Positions 7,781 to 17,956 of a DNA stretch of 63,094 nucleotides are shown piece by piece. A model generated the notes under the pieces. It had not been told where the DNA came from. It did no database searches and was given only the letters and a program-made list of their open reading frames with translations. The translations under genes and the position numbers were made by a program. Positions within the stretch are counted from its first letter, which is position 1. The number at the start of each line of letters is the position of its first letter. This DNA is from a virus (lineage: Duplodnaviria; Caudoviricetes), in the IMG/VR virus record IMGVR_UViG_3300014877_000064, positions 1 through 63,094 of that record; one strand, given 5' to 3'.

Positions 7781-10104
7781 AAGTCCATCTTGATCTTAAA
7801 AAGAAATTTGTCCCCACTCCTCTTTAGGATGGGTTGAGCAACATTTGTTCTAGAGATGACATTCAGATTGTCGTCATGAAGGTGCACCGTGGAAATGAAG
7901 ACGTACCTAGGGTCATCCACGTTTGCCAGTTCATCCAGTACCCCAGTCACATAGGATGGGTTTGAGGAAGTGATGAGTTGCATTGGACGGGCAAAGGCAT
8001 TAACCGTAAGAACGTGAATGTTCTGTACGCCCTGGAACTCAATGTCAAACTGGTTCTTTCCAAAGAAGTAGAGCTGTGGTGTCTTTAGGAGGACGAGACC
8101 TTCATTGTAGAATATGTTACCCACAGAGGCCCAGGTTGCCTGGCTTCCGGTAACGTCTGCCCTGTATAGGCTTCCAAGACCATCATCCCTGATGGTCATT
8201 CCCAGGTTTGAACTGCTCAGGGAGTTATCTGTCATTAGAAACGTTCCTGGTTTGATTTGGTTGCCATAGAACATGTTGCTAATATCAAAGAAAACGACCT
8301 GGTTACTTGTGTTATCCCTAGTCCTGTGATAAACGGCAAGACCATCCCCGGGGGTGTCACCAAGGTTATCTGGACTGTTGCCACCAATGATGCCGTTTAC
8401 AATAGAACCCGTGCCCTGAATCATAGTGTCACTGGAGTAAGTTCCGGTAATCATGTTTCTCAGGGTAATGACGCCTGGCTCATAGCTTCCAAGGTCAGTC
8501 TTGAAGGTACTACCACTCAAGGGTCTTAGGAGATCAAAATTAGGGTAGAATCTGCCGTTGTCATTTGGAAGAATACTGTAGAGTCGCTTGATAACACTTC
8601 CGGTTCCATAGAGAATGGAATTAGCAGATAGGGGCGTCTGGGAAGTCTGATTGATCATGGAAGATGTAAGCTCCCAAAGACGAGCAAACCTTCCAGTTGC
8701 AAAGTCTCTTACATAGTTCTCAAGGTTGATATAGTGACCACCACAACCAAAGGCCATATCCACACTAAAGGGATGAATGGTGGTACCATCCTTCGTAAAG
8801 AATGGGGTTACCGGAATTCCTCCGGTTCCATCAAGGAAGGTTCTGGTTGGGGATTCCTCCGTAAAGAATGGAGGTAGGTAAAAACGAAGATTCCGGTCTA
8901 GGACTTTTGGTCCGTGAGTATCCAGGGCCGCAATTTCTGTTGTAGACAAATAACGGTCATAGAGTTTTAGTTCGTGAATCTCAGCCTTAAGGGGATAGTT
9001 GAACTGGTACGTTACCGGAGCAAATCCTGTTCCAGCCTGTAGTTCATATAAGCCTTCCCTTGTGGCCGTGTCACCCGTAAAGAAGTTTGTGAGGGCATTT
9101 GTCAAGGTATTTTGTCCCTGGTAGTAGTTGCCCACACACAGGACACTTGGGTCACCCTGAGCCTGGTCCCCCACGTTGAGAACGCCCGTCAGTACAAAGT
9201 ACCCTCTGTTTACACCATCAACTTCAAAGGACCCCGTACCGAAGTTGTAGTCCGTTCCTCCCCACCTGACAGTAACGTGGCTCCACTCGTTGAGTGGGAG
9301 ACAGTTGTCCTCACTGAAAAAGGAGAAACTTCCTGCCGTCGCCCGGTCGGGGACGGTGTCGGTTGACTGGGATAGCTGTAGCAATAATCTAAAAGCCGCT
9401 GGGCGGCCGTTTATGTCCTTGGCTGACCCAGAGTGTAGACTCAGGGCGTAGGCGCTTGTGAGGTGCATTAGAGCCCCTGGACGATAGAAGGCCGTAGAGT
9501 CCTTTCCGTCGCCCGGGTACCTTGGTTTAACCCAGAAGTCAAAACTGAAGGATCCTGTGAAGCCATAATCCGTTAGGGAAGTGGCATTTGTCCTAATTGG
9601 GTTGGGATACAAGAGAACACTGGAAGTTGGAACATTGCTTGCAGAGAAGAAATTCCAGGAATGATAGTTGGCGTAGTTGAAGTGAGCCCTTGGGTAGGAA
9701 GTTCGATAATAGGGCATTAGGGTGTTGACGACAACACTCTTTCTTAGGGTGTTTGAATTGAAACTAAATGGAGGTTCAAAACGAACAATACTAAGTTGTT
9801 GCTGAAGACGAACACTGGCCTGCTGGTCATGAACCGCACTCATGTAGGTCGTAACACTGGAACTGATGTTTGTCGACCCAGTTACTCTGAGAACATCCTT
9901 GCGGAATTCCTCGATATTTTGATCCTTAAAGGCACTCTCCTGGAAGAGTGACAGGGGTAGGAGTTCCTTTTGTATGGTTGAGTGACGAGCAAAAAGGTCT
10001 ACAGCACCTGTTACGCCCAGGGAAGAGCTTGAAAATTCTCTTCTGGGATTTGTTTCAAGTGTGAAGGTTTCGAAATCATCTGGAGTGATCTTTGCAATCG
10101 ACAT
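7777..10104 (-). CDS. Virion baseplate/appendage protein with LamG-like domain
   Basis: FSFDFWVKP, EWSHVTVRW, IHELKLYDRYLS LamG-like motifs; C-terminus ...LHDDNLNVI...QPILK...KIKMDF paralogous to the next gene. Confidence 0.65.
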   Translation of the reverse strand: MSIAKITPDDFETFTLETNPRREFSSSSLGVTGAVDLFARHSTIQKELLPLSLFQESAFKDQNIEEFRKDVLRVTGSTNISSSVTTYMSAVHDQQASVRLQQQLSIVRFEPPFSFNSNTLRKSVVVNTLMPYYRTSYPRAHFNYANYHSWNFFSASNVPTSSVLLYPNPIRTNATSLTDYGFTGSFSFDFWVKPRYPGDGKDSTAFYRPGALMHLTSAYALSLHSGSAKDINGRPAAFRLLLQLSQSTDTVPDRATAGSFSFFSEDNCLPLNEWSHVTVRWGGTDYNFGTGSFEVDGVNRGYFVLTGVLNVGDQAQGDPSVLCVGNYYQGQNTLTNALTNFFTGDTATREGLYELQAGTGFAPVTYQFNYPLKAEIHELKLYDRYLSTTEIAALDTHGPKVLDRNLRFYLPPFFTEESPTRTFLDGTGGIPVTPFFTKDGTTIHPFSVDMAFGCGGHYINLENYVRDFATGRFARLWELTSSMINQTSQTPLSANSILYGTGSVIKRLYSILPNDNGRFYPNFDLLRPLSGSTFKTDLGSYEPGVITLRNMITGTYSSDTMIQGTGSIVNGIIGGNSPDNLGDTPGDGLAVYHRTRDNTSNQVVFFDISNMFYGNQIKPGTFLMTDNSLSSSNLGMTIRDDGLGSLYRADVTGSQATWASVGNIFYNEGLVLLKTPQLYFFGKNQFDIEFQGVQNIHVLTVNAFARPMQLITSSNPSYVTGVLDELANVDDPRYVFISTVHLHDDNLNVISRTNVAQPILKRSGDKFLFKIKMDF

Positions 10105-10117
10105 GTCATCATACGCA

Positions 10118-11278
10118 TTAGAAGTCTAGACGGGTCTTAAACGTCAGGCTGCGTTCGTCATCCTTAAGAACTGGTCTAGAAAGCTTTGCTACAGCCAGAA
10201 GATTATCATAGGCATCGTACATCCCGATGCTCGTGATAAAGGTGAATGCCCTTTGATTTTCTTCCTGACCTTCGTCAATAACAACGATTCTGCTATCGGT
10301 GTCAATGAAGGTTGGGTTTGCAGAGTAGTTGGACTCATCTGCGGAAGCCTGACAGAAGAAAATGGTGCTGTTGATGTTGGTGATGTTCTGGAAGGTAATA
10401 GCCGTCTGGTTAGAGGAGGTAAACCTTGTGGAACAAAGATGATCAAGGAAGTCATCAATAGAGCCGCTAGCTGCAAGCTTCATCAGAGACCCCGAAAAAT
10501 TTGGAGCTGTTCCAGTTGTAGCTACAGCATCAATTGAGCCGGTAATGAGGCGTGCTTGGTCAAAGCTCCTGGACATATCCAGAACGAGAACGCCCCTGTC
10601 TAGGAACAAAATACCTAATGGGTTGGCGGTGTTAGCGCTGTCAACCACGGTTGAGAACTGACCACCAAAAGTGAAGGCCTTGTTGGTTGAGGAGTTGATA
10701 TCTGTTAAAATAAGAGAACCAGAACCTGCGGTGGAAATATTGCGACCCACACCAACAATAACAGAGGCCGTTGGGGCAAATCTGATTGCAAAGGTTTCAC
10801 GTTTGATTTGGTCACGAGCAAACAAACGCTTGAAGGCGACAAAGAGAGGTTCCTTGATTTGAAAGGAAGTGGATCCACTCTGGGCTGTGAAGACGGCATC
10901 CTGGTCACCAAGGAGCTGTTGGGCGAAGAGTCGATAGATATCGAGCTTCTCACGCATCATCAAACTGGTTTGAGGGAATAGGTACTTGCCATTGGCATCA
11001 ATGGTTGGGTTTAAGTTTGTAACAACTTCACTACCAGTGTGCAAACCAAAGGTGATATCAAAAATGGAGTTGGCGGTTTGTAGGGTAAAATCCTGGTCGA
11101 AAACCGTTTGAAACAGCGAAGAGGTTACACCTGGACCAACACCACCGGTTACGAATACCTGGTACTGTTTTCTCGTAGTTGAGCCGGATATGTCTGAGCC
11201 AAGAATATCAACCAACTGGTTTAGGAATGACCTGGTGGTTTTGATGTCTTCTGCTGCAAATTCTTTAAAGGTAGCCAA
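10118..11278 (-). CDS. Virion baseplate/fibre-attachment protein
   Basis: C-terminal ITSIGMYDAYDNLLAVAKLSRPVLK...RLDF resembles the fibre-attachment (P2 gpH N-domain-like) C-half; TTG start. Confidence 0.6.
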   Translation of the reverse strand: MATFKEFAAEDIKTTRSFLNQLVDILGSDISGSTTRKQYQVFVTGGVGPGVTSSLFQTVFDQDFTLQTANSIFDITFGLHTGSEVVTNLNPTIDANGKYLFPQTSLMMREKLDIYRLFAQQLLGDQDAVFTAQSGSTSFQIKEPLFVAFKRLFARDQIKRETFAIRFAPTASVIVGVGRNISTAGSGSLILTDINSSTNKAFTFGGQFSTVVDSANTANPLGILFLDRGVLVLDMSRSFDQARLITGSIDAVATTGTAPNFSGSLMKLAASGSIDDFLDHLCSTRFTSSNQTAITFQNITNINSTIFFCQASADESNYSANPTFIDTDSRIVVIDEGQEENQRAFTFITSIGMYDAYDNLLAVAKLSRPVLKDDERSLTFKTRLDF

Positions 11279-11294
11279 GATGTAAGCCTTTCAA

Positions 11295-12008
11295 TTAGGT
11301 GTTGGAGGAGATCTGTACTTCGAATTCAAGTACGGCACCAGACTGCACTCCGGATATCTTTACGTAGGTATTGATTTGGTTCTTGTTGGAAGTTGCGCCA
11401 TAAATCTGAAACTGGCTATCCGTGATAGCCTTGGTTGCAATGGTAAAGGTCACTCTTGATCCACCGAGGGCTGTTTCTCCAGCGTCACGGGTTAGAATGT
11501 AAGTAGCCCTTTGTTGTCCATCTACGTTATCAGGAGCAGTACCAATGAGTTGCAAGAAGAGGTTTGAAACTTCGACGATAAATGACTGATCTCTCAGTTC
11601 AACGTCAATACTTGTTTCATCCTGAATATCTTGGAATGTGGTGAGCGTCCTGCGCTTCACGGTCGTGTTACCAATGGTTACAATGTTGTTTGTTGCATCA
11701 ACACCTTCACCAGTAAACGTGAGTCTTGGAAGACGGATAAGATTGGGATTCGAAATGGATATACAGCGGAACTTCTGGGCTAGGGTTCCATTGGTAAGAG
11801 CCTCAAAAATGGGGGTATTCTTTTCGATCTTCTCCTTGCCAACGGTCCTACCATATTTCTTGATGATGGAGTAATCAATCTCGTCGTCACCAAAGGCAAA
11901 CTTGACCACAGAAAAACTACCATCGTTTCTCGCAAGAAACTGACGGCCGGTGTCTGTAAGCACCGAGTCAAGAATAATGTTGTTTGTATCGCCCTGTAAA
12001 AAACCCAT
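11295..12008 (-). CDS. Virion structural protein (baseplate-associated)
   Basis: N-terminal DSVLTDTGRQFLAR...VKFAFGDDEIDY motif; located in the structural operon. Confidence 0.6.
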   Translation of the reverse strand: MGFLQGDTNNIILDSVLTDTGRQFLARNDGSFSVVKFAFGDDEIDYSIIKKYGRTVGKEKIEKNTPIFEALTNGTLAQKFRCISISNPNLIRLPRLTFTGEGVDATNNIVTIGNTTVKRRTLTTFQDIQDETSIDVELRDQSFIVEVSNLFLQLIGTAPDNVDGQQRATYILTRDAGETALGGSRVTFTIATKAITDSQFQIYGATSNKNQINTYVKISGVQSGAVLEFEVQISSNT

Positions 12009-12018
12009 TGTTACCCCG

Positions 12019-13806
12019 TTAGCTATTTTTCTTAGCTGTTGGACGTTTGTCCAAAAGTTTGATGTTTAAAACCTGTTGCTGCTGTAAGTCAACATTGATC
12101 ATCTGTAATCTGTATACCGACTTTTGTTCCGTCTTCAACAGTCTAAGGTCATTACCCTTCCTGTCGACGACATTTAAGTATTCAGGATTGAAAATAATAC
12201 GTGCACTCTTAGCACCGCTGGTGCGAATAGAGTCTACGAAGGTGTCCCTCTGAAGAAAGAAGTTCGGGTAGGGCTTAGGAGCCCCAGACAAGGAAACAAG
12301 CTTCTTGACCAATTTGTTCTTGAATTTATTGAAGGAGATCTCGAACTGAATGGAGTAATTCGAGGAGAATCCGTGGGCATCCATAGTGCAAATGGTATAG
12401 ATGGCCTTACTTTCCTTTGTAAACTCGAAGTCAAAATAATAAGCCTTTGGACTAGTAGCCTTTTCGACAAGTATCTCATCCACGATCTCTGGAAGGTCTG
12501 CCGGGGAAAGACTGTCATTGAAGTCAAACATCTTTATGAGTTGAAAGGGTTCCTTAATGGAACTGCGACGAAATACCTGAAAATACTTGATGTCCCTCTG
12601 TGAGTTAACTGGAAAAGACCAAGAAAGTCTTGGGGCATTCTTCTGGTAGTCCCACTCGATGTTAAAGTCGGCGGCTGGTGGTGGAGCAACGAATTCCCTG
12701 GTGTCAATAACGATCTCAGGACTACTTCTGGAGCACACCAGGAAGGAAACTGCGATGACAGAGTTGGAATCATCATCCTCAACGGCAATCTCCACAAAAA
12801 CAACGGAACGCATGGAGTAACCATACTTGCTTCCATACCGAACCTTTAGGTCGGCTGTAGAAGAAGCATTCTGAGACTCCACAATGACGGCCTGTCTTTG
12901 AATAGGACCATTTTGGGTATACTCGACTTTGTCAATGATATATCCAACTACCTGAACAGTAGAGTCGAAGGCATTGGGATCAATGGTCTTGTAATCCAGG
13001 ATATCAAGGACTTCAAAGTCGTAGTCCTTACCACTCAAAATTGAGGAAGCTTCCTGGGAGATAGCTTTCTGCTGAATTCTCTGGGTTTCTGGAAGCAGCT
13101 TCCTGGTTTCATCGTCGAAGATGTTTATCGGGTTTTGGCTTGTCGTCTTTAGAAGGGTGTTAATGAACTTGTTGTTGAGCTGTGTTCTGGTACGAACATC
13201 CTTAACTCGTTCTAGAATGGTTTGAGTGATAGCATCCTCATTCTTCTCATTGAGGAAGCGAATACCCTTGTTCTTCAGTCTGATGAAGCTATCAGCAAGG
13301 AAATTACCCTTGATAATGGGTGTCGTATTTTGGTTTAGGAACTTGACAATGTCAAGGGGAGACTTGGCCCTACGGCTTTTGCTTAGGTCTTCCCTGGCTT
13401 CGTCAATTGCCCTACGGATAAAGTAGGCAATCTTGTCCCCGGTGTTGGTATCCTGAAAGAAGATGTTGGTAAAGTCGTCCGTGATGAATGTCTGTTCATT
13501 ATGGATTTTGCTGATGTTCTTGGCGATGGATACCTGTCCAGATAGCTCCGGTCTGTTTCCAAGGGGAACGGGCTTCCACTCAAAGCGCACATACCTGGGC
13601 ACAAATCGATTGAAGTTCTTGGAGTCAAGGAAGGCATTGTCAAAATTGGCCAGGGACCTCTTCTCGATGAAGTCAGGTGGGGTGGTACCTGAGTCATTGA
13701 GTTTTTCGTCGGGAGTAAAGAAGTTGTAGACGAATTTCGCAGAAAAATTAGCTATTTCTGGTGCGTCTACGACTGCTACACGTTTAGATGGTAGGGATAG
13801 GGTCAT
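12019..13806 (-). CDS. Large hypothetical virion protein, possible FN3/Ig-like domains
   Basis: 595-aa ORF; PPPAADF...LSWSFP...IKYFQVFRR FN3-like pattern; operon context. Confidence 0.55.
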   Translation of the reverse strand: MTLSLPSKRVAVVDAPEIANFSAKFVYNFFTPDEKLNDSGTTPPDFIEKRSLANFDNAFLDSKNFNRFVPRYVRFEWKPVPLGNRPELSGQVSIAKNISKIHNEQTFITDDFTNIFFQDTNTGDKIAYFIRRAIDEAREDLSKSRRAKSPLDIVKFLNQNTTPIIKGNFLADSFIRLKNKGIRFLNEKNEDAITQTILERVKDVRTRTQLNNKFINTLLKTTSQNPINIFDDETRKLLPETQRIQQKAISQEASSILSGKDYDFEVLDILDYKTIDPNAFDSTVQVVGYIIDKVEYTQNGPIQRQAVIVESQNASSTADLKVRYGSKYGYSMRSVVFVEIAVEDDDSNSVIAVSFLVCSRSSPEIVIDTREFVAPPPAADFNIEWDYQKNAPRLSWSFPVNSQRDIKYFQVFRRSSIKEPFQLIKMFDFNDSLSPADLPEIVDEILVEKATSPKAYYFDFEFTKESKAIYTICTMDAHGFSSNYSIQFEISFNKFKNKLVKKLVSLSGAPKPYPNFFLQRDTFVDSIRTSGAKSARIIFNPEYLNVVDRKGNDLRLLKTEQKSVYRLQMINVDLQQQQVLNIKLLDKRPTAKKNS

Positions 13807-13808
13807 CT

Positions 13809-16800
13809 TTACTCTCTATCAGTTGCCGTCTCGATTGCTACGAAATAGTCTTCAAATACAAGGTCATTCTTGTTCTTTGGTCGGAAAAAGGTCTTGTTGC
13901 CAACTCGTACAAGCTTGTTCTGTACGTAAGATTGGTTCCAGGCTAGTCTACCACTCTCAGTGGATAGTGTAAGCTCTAGATCGACCTCGAAGTTCTCAAT
14001 GTCCAGAGGGACAAAGAAAACACGGTCAAACAACTTGGGGGTTAGAACCCTGTTGGTTGCCTCACCCTGGTTGAAAACCATGCTTCCATAGGTTGTAAGC
14101 CTGAGAACATCTTTTGTATCCTCGCTCAGACTTGGGTCTTCCAAAAGGGTTTCAACTCGGGCGTTTGGTGGAATGGTCACTCTCCTTACGTCTCTTAGGT
14201 AGGAGAACACCAGGGTTTGCATCAGGGAAGTAAGATCCCTAGTCTTTACACTGGAACCCTGAAGAAACACGTCCTCAGAGATTCGAATACCAGTCATGAA
14301 ATTGGTATACATTCCAAGGAGATAGCTGACTAGATGGTTTCGAATGAGACGTTTCCTGTCATCTGGCTGAAGAAAGTTATACTTGGAGTCCGCGGAAATG
14401 GAGGCAATTGACTGCTTCTTGGTAGACGTAAGTGCTTGAAAATCCGTGATTTGTGCCCTAAGCAGAAGTCTATCAAAGGCCTCACCCTCAGTAGGGTTGA
14501 TTTGGTTGAGGTCTTTCTCCAAGGGAAAGAGACTCAAGTCAAACATAAATCTTTGGGGTTTGAAAACGATATCATCAAAACGGGCGTCTCTTTTGTAGAC
14601 GTTTACCGTGATAACATCAGATTCCTTATCACCAAAGGTGTTCTTGTCGATTTCAGAGATATTGACTCTGTCTGCAAGCTCCTTGGAGAATCCAGAGGGG
14701 ATACCAACCGAGAGAATCTTAGTCCTCTTCTCGGCATTGAACTCAGAACGGAACTGGGCCTCAGACAAGAGAGCCACTAGGCACTTGTACTCAGCGTCAG
14801 TTACAACATCCGAGATTACAAGGTTATTATTGACGTATCCAGTATCTTGGTTTCGTGTACGAGCAGGTGTCTTGTCCTTGATGTTCTGAAAAACATAGGC
14901 TGCTGTTCTAACCTGGGAGGGATTCCTGAGAAGGTTTAGACCCCTGGCATTGTTAGTAGCCAGGAAGTTTTGAAGCGTCTGCTGGTTGAAGGAACTCTGG
15001 ATTCTAGCAGAGGCATTCTGCATGTACTGGCCAATTACCACCAGAATGTGAAGGAAATTGCTGATGGTAATAACCTCCTCGACTATCTTGCGGCGATTTC
15101 CAAGAATGGTAGACCTAATGGACATGAACTTATTGTTGTCCAGCAGGAATCGATTGAGCGTCTCACCGCTAAACAGGGAGGCAGCAAAGTTCCTCAGTTC
15201 GCTGGCATTCTGAGTGCTTCCAGTTAGGGTGTCAATGAATGTGGAACTGTTTTGCAGTACACTAGAAAGCTCATTGGAAGCCTGAGAAAAGACGGCGTTG
15301 GAAAAGCTGGCTCTTCCACTACTTTTGGATGAGTAGCTCGGAGAAAACGTCTTGACTGAGGCTCTGCCCCTGGCAGGACTTACCTTGGCGCCACCAGGAG
15401 TCACAACTTCAACTACTGGTCTTGTGCTACCGATGGCCTCCGCACTTTGGCCGGCGGTGCTCTTGATCATCGTTGTAATCAAGCTGGCTGCATTGTTGAG
15501 TGTGATAGGAGCCTTGGTAGCCTGTTCAATGGTTGCCTTGACTACCTTATGACCGGTTGTGTCAATGGAAATTGTTGAGACCATCAGGTTGTTTGAACGT
15601 TCAAAGGAGGAAAAGGAATACTTGGCTGCGTAGGAACATAGAATCTCAAATAGCAACAGAAGTTGGGTCGACAGACTCAGGAAGTTGAATCTCGTTCTGT
15701 TGGTGCCATCCTGTAGAACATGGACATTGGAACCCTGAACCTGTCCAGCCTTGAAGAACCTCGTGGCGAGGTCGACGAATTCACGGATAAAGTTGCTGGT
15801 GTTCAGGGAACGCTTCGTAACAAGACTGGTTAGAATCCTGGTGATGGAACCACGCTGAATCTGAATGTTCACCATACCTGCACCCTTGTTGATTAGGGAA
15901 TTGATACCGGACGTGCCTGCAAGCCGGGCATTGAATCCGGAGGACAGGGTTGAGGTAACTCTGGTCGAGGCTAGTCTTGGACGAACGGTAGAGAACAGGT
16001 CACGATTCGTTAGAATGCGTGCGAAGTCCACATTGATTTTCGTTGTAAGGGAGCTTACTCTTGTTTCAATGGCCTTGGCAAGCTGGTCAATGAATGGACG
16101 CAGGACAGCAAGTCCCCTGGTGGGTGTAACAACCCTCCCAGTTGGAACCTGAAGGTAGGACAACCCGCCAAGGTTTGCCAGCTCCGTGGTTGCCAGGAGG
16201 TCAAAGATCTCCTTTTGTTCCGTGGTGCTGTTGGCGGCCATTCCCACAAGAATCGAATACTGAAAAAGCATGCTCTTCAGGATGTTGTCAGTTGCAGCCA
16301 ACTTGAAGATAGCGGTTATGATTGCCTGGTCATTGTCCAGAGTGCGGTCATCAACCAAACCTGAAATTGAAGCCCGAGTTGAATTTAGGAGAGAGTCATT
16401 TACCGACTGGGGCGTAAGTTCTTCAGCCGTGTTGCTGAAGTTCATGATGTTCTCAATCAGAGTCCTTGCAACCTTCAGACGGTCGTTGTAAAGGTTGACG
16501 TAGTTGACGTAGGGTGCAGTATCCCAGTTATTTCCATTGACGGCCAGGATCGAGTCAATGAAGTAGGCAGACCCAGGAACATATACGAATTTTTGGTCAT
16601 CGCTGTCTACGTACTTGCTTTCAAAGGGCAATACCTTGGCATTTGGAATACCTGGGTCGATATACATCAGGGAAGCCAGGGAGTTGAGTCCCTGTGGTGC
16701 CTCAAAGATCGTGTCTCCAACTTCTCCAATGACGTTGTCAAAGGGATTACCTTCTGCTCCTGCTCCGAACTCCTTCAGAAGACGTTGGATATTTTGACTA

Positions 16801-17948
16801 CCAAGTCCCCTCGAAACGAGATACTCCTTGGAAAGGAGCATCGTTAGAATCTTGATTCTGTCATCTGGGTTCTGAGGAAGGGAATTGATAAACTGGTTGA
16901 AGAAGTTGTTGTTCGTGGCATTGACAGGAGCAGCCACTGATCTTAGATTGGCAATCGTAAAACTGAAGCCATTTGTCGTGGTGTAGGTCTTGTCGATCTT
17001 AACGGGAGAATAGTCGTTCTCCCTGTCAGGGTCCTTGAGGTCAATTAGGGAAAGGCTATAGCCTTCCAGTACGGACCTGAAGTCAAAGAGCATCTGTAGA
17101 AGAATCTTGGTATCTGAAAAGGTGTTGAACTGGCCCCTTGTGTACTGCATTCTCTTTTCGAAGAATTCCGGGATGGGAAGGAAGTAGGTGTTGTTGAAGA
17201 AGCTCTTCTGAATCTTCTTGATTTCAAGGGCGTTCTTGAGGTTCTCGATATTCTGGAGAATGTCACGAAAATAGGAGATGTTGGTCTCGATCAGGCGCAG
17301 CTCTGCCTGGTAGTCCTGCCTCACCTTGTTGAAGGTGTCATCTGAGGTTGTCCTTCTATTGGACCTCTGAAGACTGTCAACCAGTTTCAGGAGAGTTTCC
17401 TGACGAAGTTGACTGGTTTGGTACTGAAGATTGATGAAATCGCCGGCATCGGTGTTCTGCCTGGTAATGAACTTCCCGGACGTAAAGACTGCCCCTGGAC
17501 GCCAGATTGGAGAGAAGTCGGTAATAGAAATGATTTCAGGCCTGAAGGCAGCAATACCCTCATCGAGAATAGGCTCAAATTGACCGTTTCTAATTTTTGT
17601 CTGGGCTACGTTGAGCGTGTCAACTGGGTATTGACGAACAGGAGGAATAATTGAAGGAAGAACCAGACGCAATGCTGGAATATCAAGAGCAAACCCGGGT
17701 TGAAGTCTGTCTGCTGAAACGAAGTCCAGGGACTCAGGTCTTAGACCTGCTCCAAGAGGACCAGGAAGAGAAATCGGTACGGTGAGACGACCAACACCCG
17801 TGGAGGGTGTAACGGAAACAGAAGTTGAACGGGTTGAGGGAGATGTAGCTGACCCTGGAGGTGGTCGAACCGGTTGCATGTTCAACCCACCATTGGTGGC
17901 GCTACCATTACGGACGCCCATACCGAAGACCCTGAAATTCTTTGCCAT
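13809..17948 (-). CDS. Very large hypothetical virion protein (1379 aa)
   Basis: Long ORF tightly packed in the structural operon; P/S/T-rich N-terminus, largely helical-looking body. Confidence 0.55.
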   Translation of the reverse strand: MAKNFRVFGMGVRNGSATNGGLNMQPVRPPPGSATSPSTRSTSVSVTPSTGVGRLTVPISLPGPLGAGLRPESLDFVSADRLQPGFALDIPALRLVLPSIIPPVRQYPVDTLNVAQTKIRNGQFEPILDEGIAAFRPEIISITDFSPIWRPGAVFTSGKFITRQNTDAGDFINLQYQTSQLRQETLLKLVDSLQRSNRRTTSDDTFNKVRQDYQAELRLIETNISYFRDILQNIENLKNALEIKKIQKSFFNNTYFLPIPEFFEKRMQYTRGQFNTFSDTKILLQMLFDFRSVLEGYSLSLIDLKDPDRENDYSPVKIDKTYTTTNGFSFTIANLRSVAAPVNATNNNFFNQFINSLPQNPDDRIKILTMLLSKEYLVSRGLGSQNIQRLLKEFGAGAEGNPFDNVIGEVGDTIFEAPQGLNSLASLMYIDPGIPNAKVLPFESKYVDSDDQKFVYVPGSAYFIDSILAVNGNNWDTAPYVNYVNLYNDRLKVARTLIENIMNFSNTAEELTPQSVNDSLLNSTRASISGLVDDRTLDNDQAIITAIFKLAATDNILKSMLFQYSILVGMAANSTTEQKEIFDLLATTELANLGGLSYLQVPTGRVVTPTRGLAVLRPFIDQLAKAIETRVSSLTTKINVDFARILTNRDLFSTVRPRLASTRVTSTLSSGFNARLAGTSGINSLINKGAGMVNIQIQRGSITRILTSLVTKRSLNTSNFIREFVDLATRFFKAGQVQGSNVHVLQDGTNRTRFNFLSLSTQLLLLFEILCSYAAKYSFSSFERSNNLMVSTISIDTTGHKVVKATIEQATKAPITLNNAASLITTMIKSTAGQSAEAIGSTRPVVEVVTPGGAKVSPARGRASVKTFSPSYSSKSSGRASFSNAVFSQASNELSSVLQNSSTFIDTLTGSTQNASELRNFAASLFSGETLNRFLLDNNKFMSIRSTILGNRRKIVEEVITISNFLHILVVIGQYMQNASARIQSSFNQQTLQNFLATNNARGLNLLRNPSQVRTAAYVFQNIKDKTPARTRNQDTGYVNNNLVISDVVTDAEYKCLVALLSEAQFRSEFNAEKRTKILSVGIPSGFSKELADRVNISEIDKNTFGDKESDVITVNVYKRDARFDDIVFKPQRFMFDLSLFPLEKDLNQINPTEGEAFDRLLLRAQITDFQALTSTKKQSIASISADSKYNFLQPDDRKRLIRNHLVSYLLGMYTNFMTGIRISEDVFLQGSSVKTRDLTSLMQTLVFSYLRDVRRVTIPPNARVETLLEDPSLSEDTKDVLRLTTYGSMVFNQGEATNRVLTPKLFDRVFFVPLDIENFEVDLELTLSTESGRLAWNQSYVQNKLVRVGNKTFFRPKNKNDLVFEDYFVAIETATDRE

Positions 17949-17956
17949 GTTCTCGC